DNA of 64,000 nt from Flavobacteriales bacterium (GTDB taxonomy: Bacteria > Bacteroidota > Bacteroidia > Palsa-965): the NCBI GenBank assembly GCA_040377305.1, contig JBEIPA010000001.1, positions 203,324 to 267,323 on the forward strand, read 5' to 3'. The notes under the pieces were generated by a model. That model was not told the origin of the DNA. It saw nothing but the letters and a program-made list of their open reading frames with translations, and ran no database searches. The translations under genes and the position numbers were made by a program. Numbering within the stretch: position 1 is the stretch's first letter; the number at the start of each line of letters is the position of its first letter. Shown one piece after another: positions 55,566 to 64,000 of the stretch.

Positions 55566-58500
55566 ATGACCACCATTAAAATTCCCCTTAATGGCATTTT
55601 ACTGTCTTTACTTTTCTCCCTATTCGCATTTTGCGGACTGAACGCTCAATTGGTTGTAACGCCTGGCGGGACTCCGGCGTCAATCGTGAATGGTTTGATC
55701 GGAGGAGGAATGACGGTTTCGAATGTCACCATGAACTGTCCTACGAATGCGTACGGTACGTTCTCCAATGGAAATACTACAAACCTTGGCCTCACAAATG
55801 GAATTGTCCTTACAACAGGAACAGCTGCTATGGCTATTGGTCCAAACAATAGCGTGAGCGCGGGTTTCTGTAATAACACATCCTCCAGCGATCCTCAGCT
55901 TGTTGCGATTGAGCCGCAAGCAACTTATGACTTGTGCGTTCTCGAATTTGATATCGTTCCGGAGTGCTCTCAACTTACGATACGCTTCGTTTTCGGTTCT
56001 GAAGAATATCCTGAATTTGTGAACGCGTCTTTCAACGATGCATTCGGCTTTTTCATCTCGGGACCAGGACCAACCCCTGCTTGTACGCCTAACTTTTATA
56101 ACAATACAAACGTCGCAACACTTCCGAATAACGTTACGCCGGTTTCTATTGACAATGTAAATGCTGGTAATAACGCCGGCTTCTATGTGGACAATACCGG
56201 AGGTACAACAATCCAGTACGATGGATTTACAACAGTCCTCACGCGTACGATTAACCTGTGTCCATGTCAAACCTATCACTGGAAATTTGCAATTGCGGAT
56301 GCAGGTGACTGTATTTATGATTCGGGGGTATTCCTTGACTTCCTTTCCTGCTCCAATGCACTAACCGTTACACCGCAATCAACTCCAGTAACAAGTTGCA
56401 CCGGTTGTGATGGAACTGCCGGTGTTACACTTGTTGGTGGAACCGGACCCTTCACTTACAGCTGGTCACCTGGCGGATGGACAACACCTACGGTTTCTAA
56501 CTTGTGTGCTGGCACATACACAGTAACTATTACTGATCAACTTTCCTGCTCACCTCCAACAACAATGGCAATCACAGTTGGTGCTACTGTTCCAACAATC
56601 ACATTAACTCCGACACAAACAAACGTTGCATGTTTCAATGCTTGTAATGCAACCACGTCGGTAGCAGTTGTAGGTGGTACACCACCTTATTCATACAACT
56701 GGTTGCCTTCTGGTGGAACAGGACCTTCTGCAACTGGATTATGTCCGGGTGTTTACACGTGCGATGTCTCTGACAACGGTGGCTGTACCGCTACTCTTAC
56801 ATTCACCGTTACGGAACCGAGTCAATTAACTGCATCCGACACATCGACACCAGCCGCCTGTGGGAACAACAACGGTACGGCCACCGTTACGCCGGCGGGC
56901 GGAGTAGGACCTTACGGTTGTACATGGGCACCAAGCGGCGGACCTGGTTTAAATGCTACTGGGCTGGGTGCAGGAACGTACACATACACGGTAACCGACG
57001 CGAACGGATGTACGCTAACTCAAACGGTAAACGTTCCATCAACGGGTGGATTGTCTACGAACATAGCAGGTACTGATGCATTATGTTTTGGTGGAGCCAC
57101 AGGATCAGTCACAGTTACACCTGTAGGTGGTAATCCGGGCTATACTTTTGCATGGACACCAAACGTTAGCGCAACGGGAACGGCTTCTAACCTTATTGCT
57201 GGAACATACTCTTGTATTGTTACCGACGCGAGTGGATGTACTTCAATGTCATCTTACACCGTTGCAGAGCCACCACAACTCACAGCTTCTTCGGCAGGAT
57301 TTAATGTATCGTGTAATGGTGTATGCGATGGACAAATTGTTACCATTCCGGCTGGCGGTTTCGGGTCTTATACATTCTTGTGGAATACCGGATGTACAAC
57401 GGCATCGTGTAACAACATTTGCGCCGGAACTTATACCGTGACTGTTACAGATCAAAATGGTTGTACTGTTCAAGACACAGCTATCGTAACTCAACCAACT
57501 GCGGTTGTTGCGAATGCGAATACAACGCCTGCAACCTGTGGTCAGTCCGATGGATCTGCAACTGCAAACGCTGCTGGCGGAACTGGCGTTATTACTTATC
57601 AGTGGATCGGTGGGCCAGCCACTGCGACATACAATAACATTTCGGCTGGAACCTATAGCTGCATTGCAACAGATGCAAACGGATGTGCTGATACAGTTAC
57701 GGCAATTGTTACAAACCTTAATGGAGTAACACTTGCAAGCTGCGGCACTACAGACATAAGCTGTTACGGTTTAACCGATGGAGACATTACGGTTTGTCCG
57801 AATGGAGGTACGCCGAACTTCACCTACTCATGGTCACCTAACATAAGTGCAGCCGCGAACGCGAGCAATCTCGCCGCGGGGATTTATGTAATCACGGTTA
57901 CTGATGCGAACGGATGTTCAAGTACCACAACTGTTACTCTTACTCAACCACCGCAATTGCTCATTACCGCTGTTGCGAATCCATCGTCGGTTTGTGTTGG
58001 ATCGCAAGTAACATTGACAGGAACGCCTGCAGGAGGTGCACCAGCTTACAACGTAGGTTGGATGCCGGGTCCGCTCGTCGGAAACACGGTGAATGTTACA
58101 CCACCTGCAACTTCAACTTACACAGCTACTGTTGTTGATGCGAATGGCTGCACTGCGGACACTACAGTTCTGGTCACAGTGAATGCACTGCCTGCTGCAT
58201 CATTCAGCGGAGATTTGCTGGCAGGCTGCGCACCTCTTTGTGTAAACTTCAGTGATCTCTCAACGATTGCTGCTCCATCTGTAATCACAAGCTGGAATTG
58301 GGATTTCGGCGACAATGTTACATCAACACAGCAGTCTCCTAATCATTGTTACAGCACCCCTGGAGTGTATACTGTTTCATTGACGGTTACAACTGGCGAT
58401 GGATGCTCGCACACCTTCGTATTGAACAATTACATCAACGTTTGGGCATCACCGGTTGCAGCATTTACAGCAAGTCCGCAACCAACAACAATTCTTGCCT

Positions 58501-58985
58501 CCACAATTTATTTCACAGATCAGTCTACAAATGCTGCAACATGGAACTGGAGTTTCGGTGATATTTCCGGCGCGACATCCATATTGCAAAATCCATCATA
58601 CACTTATACCGATGCGATTTGCTATCAGGTTACCTTAGAAGTTGAATCGCAAAATGGATGTGTTGATTCTACCTCTGAACTAATCTGCATCGACCCTGAT
58701 GTAGGCATTTACGTTCCGAATACTTTCACTCCAAACGAAGATGGAATCAACGAAGGATTCATTCCCGTTTGTGTTGGGATCGATCCCGATCGCTATGAGT
58801 TCTGGGTATTTGACCGCTGGGGTAATTTGATTTTCTACACCGACGACATCAACGAAAAATGGGATGGAAAAGTTTTAGGGCATTCTGATTTATGTCAGGT
58901 AGACACTTACGTTTGGAAAGTTAGATGTGTCGATGTGCTTGACAAAAAGCATAACCTAATTGGTCATGTTAATCTGATCAGATAA
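55566..58985 (+). CDS. SprB-repeat/PKD adhesin-like protein with choice-of-anchor L domain and T9SS type B CTD
   Basis: FVFGSEEYPEFV...FNDAFGFFISGPG...IADAGD..YDSGVF; GGT.PYTYSW...AGTYTVTVTDANGC repeats; YVPNTFTPNEDG...FDRWG. Confidence 0.9.
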   Translation: MTTIKIPLNGILLSLLFSLFAFCGLNAQLVVTPGGTPASIVNGLIGGGMTVSNVTMNCPTNAYGTFSNGNTTNLGLTNGIVLTTGTAAMAIGPNNSVSAGFCNNTSSSDPQLVAIEPQATYDLCVLEFDIVPECSQLTIRFVFGSEEYPEFVNASFNDAFGFFISGPGPTPACTPNFYNNTNVATLPNNVTPVSIDNVNAGNNAGFYVDNTGGTTIQYDGFTTVLTRTINLCPCQTYHWKFAIADAGDCIYDSGVFLDFLSCSNALTVTPQSTPVTSCTGCDGTAGVTLVGGTGPFTYSWSPGGWTTPTVSNLCAGTYTVTITDQLSCSPPTTMAITVGATVPTITLTPTQTNVACFNACNATTSVAVVGGTPPYSYNWLPSGGTGPSATGLCPGVYTCDVSDNGGCTATLTFTVTEPSQLTASDTSTPAACGNNNGTATVTPAGGVGPYGCTWAPSGGPGLNATGLGAGTYTYTVTDANGCTLTQTVNVPSTGGLSTNIAGTDALCFGGATGSVTVTPVGGNPGYTFAWTPNVSATGTASNLIAGTYSCIVTDASGCTSMSSYTVAEPPQLTASSAGFNVSCNGVCDGQIVTIPAGGFGSYTFLWNTGCTTASCNNICAGTYTVTVTDQNGCTVQDTAIVTQPTAVVANANTTPATCGQSDGSATANAAGGTGVITYQWIGGPATATYNNISAGTYSCIATDANGCADTVTAIVTNLNGVTLASCGTTDISCYGLTDGDITVCPNGGTPNFTYSWSPNISAAANASNLAAGIYVITVTDANGCSSTTTVTLTQPPQLLITAVANPSSVCVGSQVTLTGTPAGGAPAYNVGWMPGPLVGNTVNVTPPATSTYTATVVDANGCTADTTVLVTVNALPAASFSGDLLAGCAPLCVNFSDLSTIAAPSVITSWNWDFGDNVTSTQQSPNHCYSTPGVYTVSLTVTTGDGCSHTFVLNNYINVWASPVAAFTASPQPTTILASTIYFTDQSTNAATWNWSFGDISGATSILQNPSYTYTDAICYQVTLEVESQNGCVDSTSELICIDPDVGIYVPNTFTPNEDGINEGFIPVCVGIDPDRYEFWVFDRWGNLIFYTDDINEKWDGKVLGHSDLCQVDTYVWKVRCVDVLDKKHNLIGHVNLIR

Positions 58986-59005
58986 CGTGGAAATCTGTTT
59001 TACCT

Positions 59006-59037
59006 AAGGGTCCTGTACGCGTTCAGGACCCTTTTTT
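59006..59037 (+). terminator. Intrinsic terminator
   Basis: AAGGGTCCTG-TACGCGTT-CAGGACCCTT followed by a T tract. Confidence 0.85.
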
Positions 59038-59187
59038 CTTGATACGTTTTTATTTCAAAGGGATTGGAATATCCATGTTACTACATACGTTAATTTAATG
59101 TTTCGTCTACTTCAATAACCTCCCTGTCGACAATAAATTATGCTTTAGCGAAGCTGGAAAAGGGTTAATAATTACCAACCTAAATAA

Positions 59188-59218
59188 TTGACTTCTAGGC
59201 TCCTAAATCGTATGTTTG
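59188..59218 (+). promoter_or_regulatory. Promoter TTG-N20-TATGTTTG
   Basis: Matches the Bacteroidota -33/-7 consensus upstream of ATG 59246. Confidence 0.65.
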
Positions 59219-59245
59219 GTAAGGCACACATGCAAATCCCTCTAC

Positions 59246-62200
59246 ATGAAACAACTGTACTTTAAGTATACGGCGTTTTCACGGCGCGTAATATTTCTTC
59301 TCTGCTTGTTCGCGTTTTCACAGAATGTTAATGCACAGTTAACTGTAACCACTGGTGTAACACCAGCGACACTTGTTGCAAATCTTGTAGGTGCGGGAAT
59401 GACTGTGAGTAATATCCAGTTGAACTGTCCGGCTGCCGGATACGGAACATTCAACAATGGTAATACTACAAACATTGGCTTGACCAATGGAATTCTGTTA
59501 ACCACGGGAAACGCAACTAGCGCGATCGGTCCAAACAATAGTACTTCCACTAGCATATGTACCAGTAATTCCGGAACCGACGCTCAGCTTATTGCAATAG
59601 AACCGCTGGCCAATGAAGATCTCTGTATTCTGGAGTTTGATGTGGTACCACAGTGCAATACCATGCAAATCCGCTTCGTGTTCGGTTCTGAAGAATATCC
59701 GGAATTCGTTAACTCCTCGTTCAATGATGCATTCGGATTTTTCATTTCAGGTCCTGGTCCTGCATGTCAGCCGAACTTTTACAATAACACGAACGTTGCT
59801 ACACTTCCGAATAACGTTACACCTGTTTCAATCGACAATGTAAACGCTGGAAACAATGCTGCATACTACGTCAATAACACGCCGGGGGCAACCATTCAGT
59901 ACGATGCGTTCACAACTGTACTCACCCGAAACATTGCCCTCTGTCCTTGTCAAACGTATCACTGGAAGCTGGCCATCGCAGATGCGGGCGACTGTTCGTA
60001 TGATTCCGGAGTATTCATTGATTTTATTTCTTGTGCTACTGCACTAACCCTCACTGAAACACACACAAACGCGGGTTGCTCGGGTTGTACGGGAACTGCA
60101 AGTGTTACACTTAACGGTGGTACAGGTCCATTCACATACAATTGGTCTCCAGCTCCAGGTGGTGGACAGGGAACTCCTAACGCAACCGGACTTTGTCCTG
60201 GAACATATACCCTTTCTGTAGTGGATGCTCTTTCATGCTCCCCTGCATCTACTATCGCAGTAACGATAGCTTCAACAGGCACGCTCGTACTTTCGGGAAC
60301 ACAAACAAACATAACATGTAATGGTGCTTGCACAGGATCGGCAACTACAACAATTGTAACTGGTACTGGACCTTATTCTTACTCATGGGCACCGTCTGGA
60401 GGTACGGGCGCTTCGGCCACAGGATTATGCGCAGGAACCTACACGTGTACCGTTACCGCATCCGGCGGTTGCACGGCCCAACAAATATTTACAATTACAC
60501 AACCACCCGTCATAAGTCTGGTGCCAACGCAAACCAACGTTCTATGTAACGGGGGCTGCACCGGCGCGGCTTCGGTCGTCGCCAGTGGAGGCACGGGAAC
60601 GTATACGTATTCATGGGCCCCGTCAGGTGGAACGGGGCCAAATGCAACCGGATTATGTGCGGGAACTTATACAGTTACCGTATCGTCGCCTGCTGGTTGT
60701 ACGAGGACACAAGTATTTACAATAACCCAGCCGCCTGCGTTAACTGCAACGCAATCACAAGTCAACGTGGCGTGTAATGGACAGTGTACAGGCGTAGCTT
60801 CTGTTACGCCAAGTGGCGGCACAGCACCGTATTCATATTCCTGGGCGCCAAGTGGAGGAACTGGTTCCAGTGCAACCGGTCGTTGTGCAGGAACTTATAC
60901 TGTGACTATTACCGATGCGAACGGATGCGTGATCACACGATCATTCAACATCACACAACCACCGGCATTAAGCACTACCGGAGCACAGACAAATATTTTA
61001 TGCAACGGTTTGTGCACTGGTTCTGCAACAGTAACACCAAGTGGCGGTACAGGACCTTACAGTTATTCGTGGGCACCAAGCGGTGGCACAGGCGCATCAA
61101 CAACTGGTCGCTGTGTTGGCGTATATACGGTTACAGTAACTGATGCGAATGGTTGTACAACAACACGCACATTCAACATTACACAGCCACCTGCAGTTAC
61201 TTCGACTGGTTCACAAACCAACGTTTTGTGCAATGGTAGTTGTACAGGTAGTGCGGCCGTTGTACCAAGCGGAGGTACAGCTCCGTTCACTTATTCATGG
61301 GCACCTTCAGGTGGAACAGGTGCTTCCGCTACATCACTATGTGCAGGAACTTACACGGTAACATTTACTGATGCAAATGGATGCACCGGAACGAGAATAT
61401 ATTCCATTACTCAACCGCCTGCGCTTACAGCGGTGACATCTGTGACTGCAGCAACCTGCGGAAACAACAACGGTTCAGCCTCTGTTACAGTTGGCGGAGG
61501 TGTTGGTCCGTTTACCTATTCATGGTCACCCTCCGGCGGAACTGGTTCAACAGCAACAGGACTTGGTGCGAATTCATACGTTGTAACTGTAACGGATGCA
61601 AACGGATGTACACGAACTGCAACAGCAGTAATTGTAAATGCCGGCTCTCCAACTGTAACTGTTACTTCAACCACGAATGTGGGATGTTTCGGCGGTGCAA
61701 CAGGTGCAGCAACGGTTTCAGTTGCGGGCGGATCTGGTCCGTATAGCTACAACTGGACACCAGGTAACCCAACCGGCGATGGAACTGCAAGTGTATCAGG
61801 ATTGACTGCAGGAACGTGGACTTGTACAGTAACAGATGCAATGGGGTGCATTACGATTGCAACTCTTACGATCACACAACCTCCTGCAATAACATTAACA
61901 CCAACTCAAACCAACATTTTATGTAATGGTCAGTTAACAGGAAGCGCATCCGTTACGGCAACAGGTGGAACTGGAACATACACTTATGCTTGGGCTCCTT
62001 CGGGTGGAACAGGTTCATCAGCGACGGGTCTTGGCGCAGGAGTATATACTGTGACTGTTACTTCTGGTCCGGTAGGATGTACTGCAACACAAACGTTCAA
62101 CATCACACAACCACCAGTAATTAATGCAACACAATCTCAAACGAACGTATTGTGTAATGGTGTTTGTAGTGGTGCGGCTTCCGTAACTGCGAGCGGTGGC

Positions 62201-64000
62201 ACAGGAACGTACACGTATTTGTGGGCACCATCGGGTGGAACAGGTTCTTCTGCAACCGGATTGTGTGCAGGAACTTATACGGTAACAATTACTTCCGGTC
62301 CGGCAGGTTGTACAATCACTCGTACATTCAATATTACACAACCCACGGCACTCGCCGCAACAACTTCAAACACAGCTGCAACTTGCGGTAACCCGAATGG
62401 TTCTGCTTCTGTTTCTGCATCGGGAGGTACACCAGGTTACACTTACTTGTGGACTCCGTCCGGTGGCACTGGTGCAACAGCAACGGGATTGCTCGCAGGA
62501 TCATACACATGTACAATTACAGATTTGAATGGTTGTACGATAACGCGTACGGTTACAATTATTAATAGTGGTGGTCCGACCGCAAACATTTCGGCACAAA
62601 CCAACGTCAACTGCTTCGGAAGTTCTAACGGATCTGCTACAGTTGCAATGGTTGGTGGTACTGGTCCTTTCACTTACGTTTGGGCTCCGGCACCAGGTGG
62701 TGGACAAGGCACGGCGACTGCAACAGGACTACCCGCAGGAACATTTGTTGTAACAGTAACCGATGCGAATGGATGTATTGCAACAGCAACAGCCATCATT
62801 ACACAACCACCTGCTATCACACTCACACCTACGCAGACTAACGTTAACTGTAACGGAACATTGACTGGTAGTGCAACTGTAACAGCTACGGGTGGCACAG
62901 GAACGTACACTTATGCATGGGCTCCATCAGGTGGTACCGCTTCATCAGCAACAGGTCTTGGTGCAGGAACATATACAGTTACGGTTACTTCTGGTCCTGC
63001 AGGATGTACTGCAACCCAAACATTCAACATCACGCAACCACCAGCAATCACTGCAACAACTTCTCAAACGAACATTTTATGTAATGGTCTTTGCACAGGA
63101 GCTGCGTCTGTAACTGCAAGTGGTGGATCAGGAACATACACGTACGTGTGGGCACCTTCGGGTGGAACAGCGGCCAGTGCAACCGGATTGTGCTCTGGTA
63201 CATACACATGTACAATCACTTCTGGCCCTGCCGGATGTACAATAACCAGTACGTTCAACATCACTCAGCCTACTGCATTAACTGCAACAACTTCATTCAC
63301 GCAGGCAACATGCGGAATGTCAAACGGTGCTGCTTCCGTTACTGTTTCAGGTGGGACACCGGGATACACCTATTCATGGGCACCAACAGGTGGAACTGGT
63401 GCAACCGCTACAGGATTACCTGCTGGAGGTTACACAGTAACTTTTACTGACGCTAATGGTTGTACAGGAACTGCTTCTGTAAACGTACCGAACGCGGGTT
63501 CGCCTACTGCAACGATTACAGCAACAACAAATGTGTTGTGTTTCGGTGGCAATAACGGCTCAGCTACTGTCGCTGCTTCCGGCGGTACAGGTCCATACAC
63601 TTACGCGTGGGCACCAACTGGTGGAACAAGTCCAATAGGAACTCCTCTTATTGCTGGAAACTACACTGTAACCGTAACAGATGCGAATGGTTGTTCTACA
63701 ACTGCAACTGTTGCAATTACGCAACCTCCCGCATTCACTTCCACCGCAGTTGCAACACCAGTGTTGTGTAACGGAGGATCAACAGGAACTGCATCGGTTG
63801 CAACAACAGGCGGCGCAGGTGGCAACACATACAACTGGACTCCAGGTAACCCAACAGGCGACGGCACAGCAAACGTAACAGGACTTACTGCGGGAACGTG
63901 GTCGATTACTGTGACAGATGCAAACGGATGTACAACTCAATCAACTGTGTCTGTGACGCAACCACCAGCAATCACAACAACAATGGCTGCAACGCCGGTG
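59246..64000 (+). CDS. Large SprB-repeat adhesin with choice-of-anchor L domain, truncated by the window end
   Basis: Absent from the ORF track, consistent with no stop in the window. Reads MKQLYFKYTAFSRRVIFLLCLFAFSQNVNAQLTVTTG and is in the same frame at the window end (at least 1585 codons); tandem ~75-aa TQPP...C.G...GGT..YTYSW...GTYTVTVTDANGC repeats. Confidence 0.9.
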   Translation, partial: MKQLYFKYTAFSRRVIFLLCLFAFSQNVNAQLTVTTGVTPATLVANLVGAGMTVSNIQLNCPAAGYGTFNNGNTTNIGLTNGILLTTGNATSAIGPNNSTSTSICTSNSGTDAQLIAIEPLANEDLCILEFDVVPQCNTMQIRFVFGSEEYPEFVNSSFNDAFGFFISGPGPACQPNFYNNTNVATLPNNVTPVSIDNVNAGNNAAYYVNNTPGATIQYDAFTTVLTRNIALCPCQTYHWKLAIADAGDCSYDSGVFIDFISCATALTLTETHTNAGCSGCTGTASVTLNGGTGPFTYNWSPAPGGGQGTPNATGLCPGTYTLSVVDALSCSPASTIAVTIASTGTLVLSGTQTNITCNGACTGSATTTIVTGTGPYSYSWAPSGGTGASATGLCAGTYTCTVTASGGCTAQQIFTITQPPVISLVPTQTNVLCNGGCTGAASVVASGGTGTYTYSWAPSGGTGPNATGLCAGTYTVTVSSPAGCTRTQVFTITQPPALTATQSQVNVACNGQCTGVASVTPSGGTAPYSYSWAPSGGTGSSATGRCAGTYTVTITDANGCVITRSFNITQPPALSTTGAQTNILCNGLCTGSATVTPSGGTGPYSYSWAPSGGTGASTTGRCVGVYTVTVTDANGCTTTRTFNITQPPAVTSTGSQTNVLCNGSCTGSAAVVPSGGTAPFTYSWAPSGGTGASATSLCAGTYTVTFTDANGCTGTRIYSITQPPALTAVTSVTAATCGNNNGSASVTVGGGVGPFTYSWSPSGGTGSTATGLGANSYVVTVTDANGCTRTATAVIVNAGSPTVTVTSTTNVGCFGGATGAATVSVAGGSGPYSYNWTPGNPTGDGTASVSGLTAGTWTCTVTDAMGCITIATLTITQPPAITLTPTQTNILCNGQLTGSASVTATGGTGTYTYAWAPSGGTGSSATGLGAGVYTVTVTSGPVGCTATQTFNITQPPVINATQSQTNVLCNGVCSGAASVTASGGTGTYTYLWAPSGGTGSSATGLCAGTYTVTITSGPAGCTITRTFNITQPTALAATTSNTAATCGNPNGSASVSASGGTPGYTYLWTPSGGTGATATGLLAGSYTCTITDLNGCTITRTVTIINSGGPTANISAQTNVNCFGSSNGSATVAMVGGTGPFTYVWAPAPGGGQGTATATGLPAGTFVVTVTDANGCIATATAIITQPPAITLTPTQTNVNCNGTLTGSATVTATGGTGTYTYAWAPSGGTASSATGLGAGTYTVTVTSGPAGCTATQTFNITQPPAITATTSQTNILCNGLCTGAASVTASGGSGTYTYVWAPSGGTAASATGLCSGTYTCTITSGPAGCTITSTFNITQPTALTATTSFTQATCGMSNGAASVTVSGGTPGYTYSWAPTGGTGATATGLPAGGYTVTFTDANGCTGTASVNVPNAGSPTATITATTNVLCFGGNNGSATVAASGGTGPYTYAWAPTGGTSPIGTPLIAGNYTVTVTDANGCSTTATVAITQPPAFTSTAVATPVLCNGGSTGTASVATTGGAGGNTYNWTPGNPTGDGTANVTGLTAGTWSITVTDANGCTTQSTVSVTQPPAITTTMAATPV

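Overview
Chromosomal window from a free-living Bacteroidota bacterium, judged from TAnnTTTG housekeeping promoters, type IX secretion cargo, two PorE-like OmpA proteins and SprB-like adhesins. Most of it is housekeeping and envelope genes: rluF, apt, pyrF, prfA, purM, type III glutamine synthetase, secDF, a TatA/B subunit, mdh, permeases, NhaD, and an acyl-CoA dehydrogenase split by a 1-nt frameshift. I found no rRNA, tRNA, CRISPR array, transposase or prophage. Two loci stand out. (1) At 46656-51422, a His-rich, membrane-targeted upstream ORF ends in an RGPP arrest-like motif. Its stop codon lies in a perfect 11-bp stem that also covers the initiation region of a TonB-dependent receptor, which suggests a metal-sensing ribosome-stalling switch. 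(2) At 6998-8285, a four-helix-bundle (IVS/Avd-like) gene is bracketed by inverted 7-8-nt microsatellite arms. A solo copy of that arm supplies the prfA stop codon 20 kb away, and next to the cassette lie a promoter-driven structured ncRNA candidate and a triple palindromic operator. Several other cargo-less inverted-repeat elements and an unannotated 36-aa membrane peptide are also present. All calls are by-eye motif recognition; no database searches or folding programs were run.
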